Positions 1 to 11,600 of a stretch of 64,000 bases of DNA are shown piece by piece. The position numbers and the translations under genes are program-made. Every line of letters begins with the position of its first letter. Position 1 is the stretch's first letter. Source of the stretch: a virus. Its lineage: Duplodnaviria; Caudoviricetes. The notes below the pieces were generated by a model. It did no database searches and had not been told where the DNA came from. It saw only the letters and a list, made by a program, of their open reading frames with translations. The stretch lies in the IMG/VR virus record IMGVR_UViG_3300023108_000002. The stretch is one strand, 5' to 3'.

Positions 1-3000
1 AAATGCCGATGATAATTCTCAATTATATTCAATTAATGATATTGTAAAAATTGATGGTTCTACTTTTAGACCAGATGGCGAGAGCATTAATGATGATGTA
101 TTCATTAAGATCACAGCTGTTGCGGGTGGAGTTGTTGTGACTGATATTGAAAGCGATGCATATACAACAACTAGTGTAAACGGTACTGGCGCAGTTTGGG
201 ATATTGATACTACACAAGCAACATATCCAAAACTAATATCAGTTTTATTGAGTGATGCAGATTCTAATGGAAATCCATCTCCTACTAGTGGATATGAAGT
301 GGGAGATTCATTTACGATACCTGGCTCAGTTATCAACGGCACTGATGGTGAACACGATCTGACGATTGAAGTTACTGAAGTGGATAATAATGGAAGAATT
401 CACAGTTTCCAAACGCTAGGTCGTCCACAGGGCGGACAGATATCATCATTTACACAAGAAAATTTTCCAACACTACCAGATGCAAAACATGAATTCTATA
501 ATCCAACATTTGTTGCAAACAATCCAAACGGCGGGCCCGTTGGTGTTGGATTAAAATTTTCTGTGAATGTAGATGGAAGTTCATATTCTGTTATAAATCC
601 TTTTGGTGTGTCTCGTGGCTCAGGATATGAGGTGGGAACTACTCTTACTATCAATGGTGAATTATTGGGAGGAACTACTGGTGTAAATGACCTTGTAATT
701 CGAATTGATGATGTAGTGGACAATATTAGAGATGGAGAGTTTATTTCTGGACAAGTAAAAGAGTTGTCTGTTGTTAGTGGAACAGCTGTAAATAAAACAA
801 CATATAGAAATGTAAGTGTACAAAATGGAAAAGGAAGGGGTGCTAGATTTGATGTTGCTGTTAATTCTGGAACCTATTCTATTACAATTCCAGCGGGAAA
901 AGAGGGAACTGGATATTCTATAGACCAAACTCTTACTATTCCTGGCCAAGTTCTTGGTGCCCAATGGATTAAAGATGGATTTGTGGCTGGTTTGGATCAA
1001 GTTGGAGAGTATGCTCTTCACACAGATTTTGGATATGCCAGAACAGATGATGTCGATGAAATTCTATCAAATAGCTTAACAAATAATGAATTGACTTTAG
1101 ATTTTTGGTATTTTAGAAAATCAACATCCATAACTGATTTAAATTCTCCTGGCTCATCAATATTTTCTTTCAATGTTGAAGATGGTGGAGATCAAAAAAC
1201 AATTCTTTGGCAAAAAACAGACGGAACACTTTTATTAGAAGATAGTCTTGGAAATCAATTAACAACTGCACAATTAGAATTTGGAAAATGGCATCATATC
1301 GCTGTTTATTTTAGCGACAATGCAACTACAATATATGTTGATGGAAAAAAAGAAGATACTATTGCGTCCACAAACATGCTTGAATATACTACAGGTACTA
1401 ATTTTTATGTCGGCGCTAGACAAGACGCTGGACCAGACTATGTAATACTTGATTATACTTTAGGTTTCTTTGGTAGTATGAGATTTACCAAAGGACAGAG
1501 ATATGAGGAACAACCAATTAATGGGGATGGTAATATTTTAGTTGAAGATTTGGGAACAGAAAACGCATTATCTGGAAATGGACTAAATCCAATATATGTA
1601 AATCCAGTTCCAAGTTATAGAAATATTAGAAATTCAGTAAAATTGACAAACTCCTTTGTTGCAACAGAAGGACAAACTGTATATGCATTAGATTATGACT
1701 CAACACAACAGATTGTAATTACTATCAATGATTCTCCAACAACCGCATTTTCTGCGACAGATGGATATGAAATTACTTTTGATAGTGGTTTGACTGCTGG
1801 TGATGTTGTAGTTATTTCTTCATATTCTGTTATAAATGATGATCTTGAATATATCATTTACGATTCAAATAATGCAGTTGCTGCGAATACGATCCTTTTA
1901 AGAAGAATGGATTCTGATGGAATCTATTCGTCATATCAACTTCCAGATGGACATTCATTGAGAGTAAAATATTCTGCGCGGCCACCGGCGGGAGTAAGCA
2001 AAACAAGACTTATTACTGGTGGTAGTAATTATATTCGTTATTTGTATGGTTATGTAAAAGACAAAACTATGGATTATAATTCAATTGGTGATGGCGCATT
2101 TTTCTTAGGCAAAGGAAAAACTGTTGGCGGGATTAGTAAAATCAATATTTATGAAAGCAATATTCAAGATCAGTATGATGGGTTTGGAGTTGGTTACGAT
2201 ACACCACCGACTCTAGACCTATCTCAACTTGGAGATGGTACTGCACAAGTAAATGTTTTGACAGGGCCGGTTTGTGTTAGAGAAGGACAATATATTAATG
2301 ATGAAGGTTTCTTATCGGCAGATAATAGAATAACTGACAGTTATTTGTGGCAAGATTATTCATATGTTATCAAAGTTGGTAGATATATTGATGAGTGGAG
2401 AAAAATCGTTAAGAAAGTAGTTCATCCGGCCGGACTAATGATGTTTGGTGAATACTCAATTACTACCACGGCGGAATTGAGAAAGACTGCAAATGCAGCA
2501 TGGAGTCAATTGATATATGAGATTATCAAAAATATCAACTTAAAAGTCAGAAATATGGATGGTTTGGGAAGATGGACATATGGATCTTCATTTCCAATGA
2601 ACACCAATGACTTAAATTCTTATGGGTATAAAATTGTCTATGATAATAGACAACCAACAATAAACAGCACGATTGATGGATTGTATCAGGGCGTGGGTAC
2701 TGGAGAGGTATCTGATGATACAATTGGAGCAGCCACAGTTGACACGGGTTCTGGTAGATATGCACTTTTAGATGAAAATCAAGATGATGCATACCAATGG
2801 AATGTTGTAAAATATATTGCATTGAACTACAAAGATGCGTTTGGAAAAGATTATGAAAATTATTACGAATCAGAACTTATTGGAAATACAGTAACTGTAT
2901 ATGATTTGTCTGATACTGAAATTACAAATGATGAATACATAAACACACGTCCTTGGGCGAAATATCAAATCACTTCAATTGAATTTGATGATGATGCTGA

Positions 3001-3889
3001 AGATAGAATAGTCACATTTACTGTGAAATATTTGAAACATTATAAAAATATTCCAACACTTTCCCCAGAAAACAAAGTAGAATTCAGATGGGATAATATC
3101 TTTAGAGGAAATGTGGACAGAATGAACAACTATTGGGTCGGTTCTACTCTAGATGGTGCCAATCCAAGAGATGAAAAAATGATCATAAATATTTCTGGAA
3201 GATATAATAATAACAAAGAAGGAGATGTGCCTACTTTACATACAACCTATCGTTCTCTAGAAAGATTTAAATTCTACTTTACAGCATATTATCCTTGGCA
3301 AAATCTAGCAGCACTGTTGTTTAGTCCACAGAGAGAAATGGAAGCTTCCCCATACTGGAATAGAAGAAAATTAATTCAAGGCAATCAACTCACTCATGTT
3401 CCAAGACGGCCTACAGAATTTAATATGTGGTATTTCTTGCCAGTTGAGGTTGCTGGAGATTATGATTGGATTGCAAATACGGATGGAACTGACCATCAAT
3501 GGACTAATACTAGAATTTCTGAAATTACAGAAAAATCGGATAGAAAATATAGAGCAGTTCTAGATTCACATTTAGATTTGAATCCTGTATATTTGGTAAT
3601 GAGTGAAGAAAATCCTAATTCTAGTACTAGAAAAAGAATGGGCCCTACTAATTTATCAGTAGAAAGAGCTAAATTCAATGAAAAAACTCAGATGATAGAT
3701 TATAATGTAGACAGAATTGATTATAACGAAAATGAGTTGTATATGAACACATTTGGAAAATATATCGTTCCCGGCGGGTTACATAATAAAACTAATTTTG
3801 CTTCTGAATCGAGCATAATAAAATTCCGTTCAGAACCAACCACATTGGAAGAATTGAATAATATGATAAGTTCAACTATGATTGACTAA
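1..3889 (+). CDS. gp7: Baseplate wedge initiator gp7-like protein, 5'-truncated by the window edge; carries G-Y-x-V-G repeats and an inserted LamG/ConA-like domain
   Basis: The frame is open from position 2 (NADDNSQLYS...), upstream of the GTG at 137, so the true start is outside the window. Contains the gp7-like motif DSYLWQDYSYVIKVG...WRKIVKKVVHPAGLMMFGE and lies directly upstream of gp8. Confidence 0.8.
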   Translation, partial: NADDNSQLYSINDIVKIDGSTFRPDGESINDDVFIKITAVAGGVVVTDIESDAYTTTSVNGTGAVWDIDTTQATYPKLISVLLSDADSNGNPSPTSGYEVGDSFTIPGSVINGTDGEHDLTIEVTEVDNNGRIHSFQTLGRPQGGQISSFTQENFPTLPDAKHEFYNPTFVANNPNGGPVGVGLKFSVNVDGSSYSVINPFGVSRGSGYEVGTTLTINGELLGGTTGVNDLVIRIDDVVDNIRDGEFISGQVKELSVVSGTAVNKTTYRNVSVQNGKGRGARFDVAVNSGTYSITIPAGKEGTGYSIDQTLTIPGQVLGAQWIKDGFVAGLDQVGEYALHTDFGYARTDDVDEILSNSLTNNELTLDFWYFRKSTSITDLNSPGSSIFSFNVEDGGDQKTILWQKTDGTLLLEDSLGNQLTTAQLEFGKWHHIAVYFSDNATTIYVDGKKEDTIASTNMLEYTTGTNFYVGARQDAGPDYVILDYTLGFFGSMRFTKGQRYEEQPINGDGNILVEDLGTENALSGNGLNPIYVNPVPSYRNIRNSVKLTNSFVATEGQTVYALDYDSTQQIVITINDSPTTAFSATDGYEITFDSGLTAGDVVVISSYSVINDDLEYIIYDSNNAVAANTILLRRMDSDGIYSSYQLPDGHSLRVKYSARPPAGVSKTRLITGGSNYIRYLYGYVKDKTMDYNSIGDGAFFLGKGKTVGGISKINIYESNIQDQYDGFGVGYDTPPTLDLSQLGDGTAQVNVLTGPVCVREGQYINDEGFLSADNRITDSYLWQDYSYVIKVGRYIDEWRKIVKKVVHPAGLMMFGEYSITTTAELRKTANAAWSQLIYEIIKNINLKVRNMDGLGRWTYGSSFPMNTNDLNSYGYKIVYDNRQPTINSTIDGLYQGVGTGEVSDDTIGAATVDTGSGRYALLDENQDDAYQWNVVKYIALNYKDAFGKDYENYYESELIGNTVTVYDLSDTEITNDEYINTRPWAKYQITSIEFDDDAEDRIVTFTVKYLKHYKNIPTLSPENKVEFRWDNIFRGNVDRMNNYWVGSTLDGANPRDEKMIINISGRYNNNKEGDVPTLHTTYRSLERFKFYFTAYYPWQNLAALLFSPQREMEASPYWNRRKLIQGNQLTHVPRRPTEFNMWYFLPVEVAGDYDWIANTDGTDHQWTNTRISEITEKSDRKYRAVLDSHLDLNPVYLVMSEENPNSSTRKRMGPTNLSVERAKFNEKTQMIDYNVDRIDYNENELYMNTFGKYIVPGGLHNKTNFASESSIIKFRSEPTTLEELNNMISSTMID

Positions 3890-3896
3890 AAAAGAT

Positions 3897-3904
3897 TATA
3901 AATA
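3897..3904 (+). promoter_or_regulatory. T4-type late promoter TATAAATA upstream of gp8
   Basis: Exact TATAAATA in the gp7-gp8 gap, followed by AAGGT RBS and ATG at 3938. Confidence 0.85.
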
Positions 3905-3937
3905 GTAAAAACTTACAAAGACTTAAAAGGTAAAAAA

Positions 3938-5608
3938 ATGGCAGCAATTATCACAAACAAATTGAGGATTTTCAACGCACAAGAATTCCTACAATCAATA
4001 AACCGTTCTTCTCCTGTCTGGACAACTAATAGAGCATATTCTGCTGGGGATTCTGTAGTAAATAACAGAAACCTTTTCATTGCAGTCTCTAATGGAACTT
4101 CTGCAGCAACAGGAACAGGGCCTACGCCATCTTCTCTTACAGATGGTACTGTAACATGGGTACATCAAGGTCTTGCAGTATATAACAATCTGTATATGTC
4201 AGTTGCAAGACACACTCCTTGGGTGAATGATGCAAATCCTCCAACTCCACAAGATTCTATTGGATATGGTTATTCAGTAAATGCAGATGCGATTGCAATG
4301 AAAAAGATCAATTATGCTGATATGACTCTCGCTATTCCAAGAATTAATTGGACTTCTGGAAGAGTTTATACAATGTTTGAACACGATTCCCCAGAAGAAA
4401 TCATTCCAAACAATTATGTAATTACTGATTCTGGAAATCAATACAATGTCTACAAATGTATTAGTAACCAAAGATATATTGACGATTCAGTTGGTGTTCA
4501 AGCTGTCGCATCTACTGTCAAACCTACTTCTACTTCTACTACTTCATTTGAGACAACTTCAGACGGATATGTGTGGAAGTATATGTATTCTATTGAACTT
4601 TCAAAGGCCTTAAAGTTTTTGACTAAAGACTATATTCCAGTCGATTCTGTTTTATATGAACCCGTTGATACTACTAGTGCAGAGTATGTACAGTGGCAAA
4701 TTCAACAAAATGCGGCATCAGTTGATGGAGAAATTGAATTTATTAAAATTGAACCAAACGAACCAGGCGGCGCTGTCTCTGGTGGTGCTGGTTATCATCC
4801 AAATATTAATAAAACTGGTGTAACTTTAAGTGGAAATACTCTAAGTATTACAAATTTACCAAACAATTCTCTTGATTATACAGGATATTTTGTAGTTGAT
4901 TTAGGTAATAACGAACAGTTTGAAATCACAGAATGGAATGTAACTGGAACAACTGCTAATGTTACGGTCAATGGAACATTTACTGGTGGTGCAGACAGAA
5001 ATATTATTGTTGCCCCAGGCGTATCTATTGCTGGTAATGGTTCTGGTTTCTCTGCATATGGTCTTGTAACTATTGACAAAATTTCAGAAATGAGAATTAC
5101 CGCTCAAGGTGCAAATTGGAGCGCAGTTGATAGTGCAACTATTGATACTGTAAATGTTCCAGCATTTGGCGGTGATGGAAATCCAAATGTAAATGCGTGT
5201 AAAATCAAACCTATTATTTCTCCAGATTTTGGTCATGGTTATAATGCCATTGAAGAGCTTGCTGGATATTATGTCATGATTTCAATGAGATTAGAATATG
5301 ATGAACAATCCACAAGAAATAACAGTTTGGGTAATAGTGAAACCAAAGTAATGTTCCCTGTTTCTGGAGATGAAGCACAATTCAGACAAATTGCTGTTGT
5401 TGCAGACCCACTAGAAGCAACCACAGACAATCCACCAGCTACGGAAGAATCTTATAGGGGCCCACAACACCCAGATTTTGGTACAGCAGACGAAGAACCT
5501 TTTGACATATTGACAGGTTCTGGTAAAGTACTTTATACAGAAAACAGACAGCCGGTTGCCAGAGCAATCGACCAAATTGAAGATATTAAAATAGTATTCG
5601 AATTCTAA
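3938..5608 (+). CDS. gp8: Baseplate wedge subunit gp8-like protein
   Basis: MAAIIT..RIFNA..F N-terminus; AMKKI...LAIPRINWTSG..Y.MFEHD; YNVYKC; TSDGYVWKYMY; C-terminal G.VLY.ENR.PV.RA.DQ.EDIKIV.EF. These match gp8 of marine T4-like phages. Confidence 0.9.
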   Translation: MAAIITNKLRIFNAQEFLQSINRSSPVWTTNRAYSAGDSVVNNRNLFIAVSNGTSAATGTGPTPSSLTDGTVTWVHQGLAVYNNLYMSVARHTPWVNDANPPTPQDSIGYGYSVNADAIAMKKINYADMTLAIPRINWTSGRVYTMFEHDSPEEIIPNNYVITDSGNQYNVYKCISNQRYIDDSVGVQAVASTVKPTSTSTTSFETTSDGYVWKYMYSIELSKALKFLTKDYIPVDSVLYEPVDTTSAEYVQWQIQQNAASVDGEIEFIKIEPNEPGGAVSGGAGYHPNINKTGVTLSGNTLSITNLPNNSLDYTGYFVVDLGNNEQFEITEWNVTGTTANVTVNGTFTGGADRNIIVAPGVSIAGNGSGFSAYGLVTIDKISEMRITAQGANWSAVDSATIDTVNVPAFGGDGNPNVNACKIKPIISPDFGHGYNAIEELAGYYVMISMRLEYDEQSTRNNSLGNSETKVMFPVSGDEAQFRQIAVVADPLEATTDNPPATEESYRGPQHPDFGTADEEPFDILTGSGKVLYTENRQPVARAIDQIEDIKIVFEF

Positions 5609-5629
5609 TTAATTTGAGAGAAGAAAAAC

Positions 5630-8600
5630 ATGGCCTTAAATCTTAATGTAGCTCCTTATTTTGATGATTATGATGTAAATAAGGGGTACTTAAAAATACT
5701 CTTCAAACCTGGCAATTCTGTTCAAGCCAGAGAAATGACGCAACTTCAGACAATACTGCAAAATCAAATTGCCAATCTATCTGATCATTTCTTTAAAGAA
5801 GGTTCTTTGGTAATTCCTGGCCAAGCAGCTCTTGATTTGAAAGCAAATTATGTAAAAGTAGAACTTGGTGGAACTCTCTCTACTGCAAATGGATTTGTAG
5901 GAAAAATTGTTCAGGGTAAAAGCACAGGAATTAGGGCATTAGTTGTAAATTATGCAGATGCTGTTGATTTAAATAATGATGATGTTATCGATGGTTCTAA
6001 TGATGAGTTAACTACCCTATATGTTAAATATTTAGATAGCACAACTTCAGGAAACACAACATTCTCTGATGGCACAACAGTAAATATTTTAGAAAATGGA
6101 ACAGCAAATTTTACAATAAATGGCCAAACTGTATCTTTAGCAGAAGGACAAACTTCCACCTTTGTGGAAGGAGAAGAACTTGTTACAACAACCGACGATG
6201 GTGTAAACTTAACTTGTACCGTTCAAAATAATTCTCAAGTTTTAAATCCTATTGGAATTGGTTCTCTCGCATTTATCGAAGAGGGAGTTTACTATATTGG
6301 TGGTAAATTAGTAAGAGTCGCATCACAAAGTATTATTCTAGACAAATATAATAACAAACCATCATATAGAATTGGATTGGAAATTTCTGAAAGTATTGTA
6401 TCTCATAATGACGATACTAGTTTATTGGATAATTCTTTAGGAACTACAAACTTTAATTCTCCTGGCGCCGACAGATATAAAATTCAACTCACTCTTACCA
6501 AACGAGATTATGATGTTATTGACACAAATAATTTTGTAGAATTGATAGCAGTTAAAGATGGGTATATTAATAGTTATGTTCAAAATACAGACTATTCTGT
6601 TTTAATGAAAACATTAGCAAGAAGAACATATGACGCGGATGGAGATTTTACAATTCGTCCATTCAAATTAGATATCAGAGAATATTATAAAGAAAATAAT
6701 AATGGTGGTGTGTTTTCAATGTCAGATTTTGAATTTGACACAGAAGTTGCTGCAAGACAGTTTGCATTTGATTGGGGATTTAGTGATGACATTGGATGGG
6801 TGATCAACGGCCAAGGTCAGGCGCATACTATTTCTTCTATTGACAGATTAAATTATCCAGAACAAAATTTAGATGAAACTGGTTTAAAATATTATCCGGC
6901 AAATAACCATGAAAATCTTATGGTTGCAATTAGAGACAAATTAGCCATTGGGGTAGAATCTGGGAAGGCTTATATTAAAGGATATGAAATTGAACGCAAA
7001 CCTTCTTCAAGACAAGGAAAATATATTGTATTTGATAAATCTAGAAGCAATTATCAAATAAACAACAAATATATGCCTGTGAATTTAGGAGCATTTGTTT
7101 ATACCAGCGACTCCAAAGGTTTATTTAAAATAGACGAAGAAGTAAAATTGGTAAATGTTCATATTTCTAACTCAGGCCTTACAAAATTTATAAGTGTAAA
7201 TGAGAATGTTGATGAATCGGAATCGAACTATTTAACAACTATTACATATGATGAAGATGATACATTTTATCAAGGTGGCGGAACTGCATTAGGAACGAAT
7301 ATATATGGAACTGATGTTATTGCAACTGCAAAAGTAAAGGCAGTTGAATATTTTGCAGATTCATCTTCTGATGCAAAGAAAAATAATTATTTACAATCTA
7401 GCTATCGTCCAACAACAGATGTTGAAAAAAGTAAAGAATCTGCAATCTATAAAGTATATTTATATGATATAGAGTATGAAACAAATCCTAGAACATCACA
7501 ACCCTATAATATGTCTAATGCTCGGTCTATTGTTTCTTCTGCTGAGCAGACTCCAGCGGGAATTGGTACTCCAATTTATGAAAATGGTGCCAATATTCTT
7601 ACGCAATTGCAGTTGACAGATGTTCAAGGCGGATTCACCTACAAAAGTATGATATATGATAAATTTAATGTGAACTTTAGAGGAATTAACTATTATTACA
7701 ATTCGATTTATTCAATTATGTTGGTTAAACCTTTAAACTCTGGAAATATTGCCAGTGGGGCCGAGGGTACAGGTGTTTTACCTTCTGCAACTTTTAATAT
7801 AAATGAAGTTATTCAAGAAGCAATACCATCCACTGATGTTGCAAGTGTTAATGTAAATTCTTGGAATGGGTCTCAAACCGCTGATGTTGGAAATGTTTCT
7901 GCAAGAATTTTTAGTAAAGCAGTTCTTCATAATACAAATGGTTCTAGTATTATTCCAATCGGACATGATTGGGTACAAACTGCTAGAAGTATTGACCCTA
8001 TAAGTGGTATTGCTTCTATTGATACACAATATTCAGTTATAAAAAGATTTGATAATGTAAGCACATCTCCCACGACAGGAAATGTAACACTTACAATAAC
8101 TGAATCTGATGCTTTTTTTGAAAATATTCCAAGTAAATATTTCATTTTTTCTTCCGCAACAACTACACAAAATAATGGAAACATTGGATTTACTTCTAAT
8201 TTTTCATTTTCTACGGATTTAAGAACAGTAACATTCAATGTTTCTGGTGATACCATTGCAAATGGTTCTGCCGGGCTTGTTGTATATGCACCAGTTAAGA
8301 AAACTTCTGCTAAAGAAAAAACAAAAACACTTGTAAAAAATTATGTTGAATTGCCGCTTACTTTGTTAAATGCTTCTGGAGCAACCATAACTCCAGTAGA
8401 CTATAACAATAGTCTTAGTTTTGAAGATAATGATTCATCAGGAACATATGGTGTAGATATTTTAAAGACAAATAGCAGTAATGCTACTGGAACTGTAAAT
8501 CCGACTTTTGCTGTTGGTGCGAATTTAGATATGAGTTTGAGTTTATCAACTTTGCAACTGCAAAAATCAGACATTAGAGAATTGGTAAAACTTTATGATA

Positions 8601-11600
8601 CATGTAATGTTAACAATGTTGCATATAGAGTTGATGTTGTGTCTGATACTAAAAAATATATTCATGAAATGACAGCAGATGATTTTGCTTTTGCAAGGAG
8701 TGCATATGAATTTTATGAACAAACAGGACAATCTCCATTCAATGTAAATTTGGACAATAATATTGTTACTAGTTTAGTTGACCTTGCAAATGCATTAACT
8801 ATTAGTGAAATTGAAAATCCGTTTAAAATTCAGATGGAAACCGCCTGGGCCGCCGGTCAGTTGATCACAAATCCAACTGATGTTCCTGTTAAAATTAATG
8901 ATATAACAGATAGATATGATTTATTTGACGGCCAAAAACCATCAATTATTCAGTTAGGAGAATTAAATTTAAAATCTGGAAGTTTACCCTGCGGAGGCCG
9001 TCCAATTGTTGTGTATAATTACTACAATCACGGCATAGGTGATTATGCGTCCGTAGATTCATATGTAGATGGATATTCGACTATAGGTTATTATCAAAAT
9101 TCTCGTTTATCAGATGTTATCGATTTCCGTCCAGCAGTTTCGTATCAACAGCTAACAGGATATCCTATAGGAGAGGGAGTTGTTTCTGATTCGACTGACT
9201 ATCCAATTCATAATACCGCAATTAGTGCTGATATTAGAATATATCTTGCTAGAAAGGATAAACTATATATTGACAAATTAGGAAGAGTGAGAGTTAAATA
9301 TGGTTCTCCTAGCGAAGACCCTTCAATGCCAGAAGATGCAGCCGATGGCATGGTAATTTACGAAATAAACACCGATCCATATACAATAAGTCCAAAAGCT
9401 CTTACTGTTAAAATGAGAGATAATAAAAAATATAGCATGAAAGACATTGGTAAACTAGAAAAAAGAATTGAAAATCTTGAATATTATACATCTCTCAATC
9501 TTTTAGAAAAAGACACTATGGATCTCGCAGTGAGAGATGAAAACGGAAATGATCGATTCAAAAATGGATTTATTGTTGATAGATTTGTAGATCATACAGT
9601 TGGTGATGTTTTTGATCCAGATTATAAAGTTTCAATTAGTAAATCTGAAGGCGTTTTGCGGCCGTTCTTTACTGAAAAAAATGTTAACATGTCAATTAAT
9701 GCAGCTGCATCTGATGGATATGCAATAAAAGAACAAAAACTGTATTTGCCATATACAAGCGAATATCTAATCACACAAGAAAAATCTTCAAAAACTGTGA
9801 ATGTTAATCCTTTTGCTATTTTCACATTTAGAGGAAGTGTTGCTCTATTTCCGTCTACTGATGAATGGAAAGTAACAAATCAGGCTCCAGATATTGTAAC
9901 TGATAGAAGAGAAGAGTATGAAAATATTTTTGGAGCGCTTCTTCCTGAAGATGGAGTTCTAGGCACAATTTGGAACGAATGGGAACAAAACTGGACAGGA
10001 GAGAGTTCAGATTCTACATCCAGCACACGAAGAGTGAATAGAAGTAATGCAACTTCTTCAGTTATTTCTGGTGGAAGAACATCTGGTGGCATTAGAAACG
10101 AAACAACTACAATTACGACTACTACACTCACTGGACAACAAACAAGAACTGGTACTACAAATATAGTTCAGTTGCGCGATAATACAGAAACCGTAGGACA
10201 AAGAATACTTAGTACTGAAATTATTCCGTTTATGAGAGCAAGAGATGTTTATTTTAGTGCTGATAGATTGAAACCAAATACAAGACTATATCAATATTTT
10301 GATGGAGTAGACGTTTCTCAGTATTGTAAATCTTCTACTTTAGTAACAATTAATGACATTCCTTCAGCAACTGCTACATGGAGAAAAACCAACCCAAGTA
10401 TTGTGAGAGATAATATGGGGTTTGTTTTTATTAGAGGTGGATCTAGTGGAACAAATGCAAGAGTTTTTGATATTAATTATTTGACTTCTAGCAGTTTGCG
10501 GTTTCATTTACACCCAGACGCAACAACTGGATTTATAAGTGGAGAAAATATATTCATTGTCTATCCTGATCCAGAAGCATCTGGGGGGGAGAGAATTAGA
10601 AATGCTGGAAGCTGGCCTACCCTCAGTTCAAATATTATTGCTGGTGGAGATCTTGTCAAATCAGATGGTGCTGGATTTGTTTCTGGTACTTTTTCTATTC
10701 CAAATAATGATGATCTCAGATTCAAGACTGGAGAAAGAGTTTTCAAGCTTTCTGACCAACCTAACAATGCACAGGATGTAGATACGGAAGCGCAGACAAC
10801 CTATGTTGCCTCAGGTGTCATTGAAACTGTTGCTGATCAAATTGTTCTAACAAGAATGCCAGACTTTCAAACACAAAGCGCAGAAGAATCCGAAGCAATT
10901 ACTTCAGTAGAGGTAAATACAGTTGTTACTGCTGGAAACTGGTATGACCCTCTTGCACAGACTATTATGATTAATCAAGACGGTGGCTGTTTTATTACAG
11001 CAGTAGAACTATTTTTCTCTACAAAGGATGATAGTAAACCAGTTACTGTTCAGGTTAGACAAACTGTAAATGGATATCCAGGCCCTAAAATTTTAGGACA
11101 ATCTGTAGTATATCCAGAAAATGTGTCCATATCAGATAATGGTGTTCTTCCGACTGAATTTGTATTTCCATCTCCTATCTATGTGCAAGACGAAACAGAA
11201 TATTGTATTGTAATTCTTGCAGATACACAAGGATATCGTTGCCACGTTGCTAGAATGGGAGAACAATCTTTAGATGGAAGTGGAACTATTTCTCAGCAAC
11301 CTTATGCGGGAGTATTCTTTAAATCACAAAATGCTTCAACTTGGACAGCAGATCAAATGGAAGATTTGAAGTTTAGAGTATCAAGAGCTAAGTTTGACAC
11401 TTTAGCAAATTCTGAAATTTATCTTCAAAACACAGAATTAGATGATATGGGTAATGACCTTTGGTCAGAAAACTTTAAATCAAATTCAATGAAAGTTGCT
11501 GCTGGAGATACTAAAGTAACATTCTTTGTTTCGGATACAAGTGGTATGGTCCCGACAAGTGTTTGGAGATCTAATGGATACAATTATGTTACCCTGCAAA

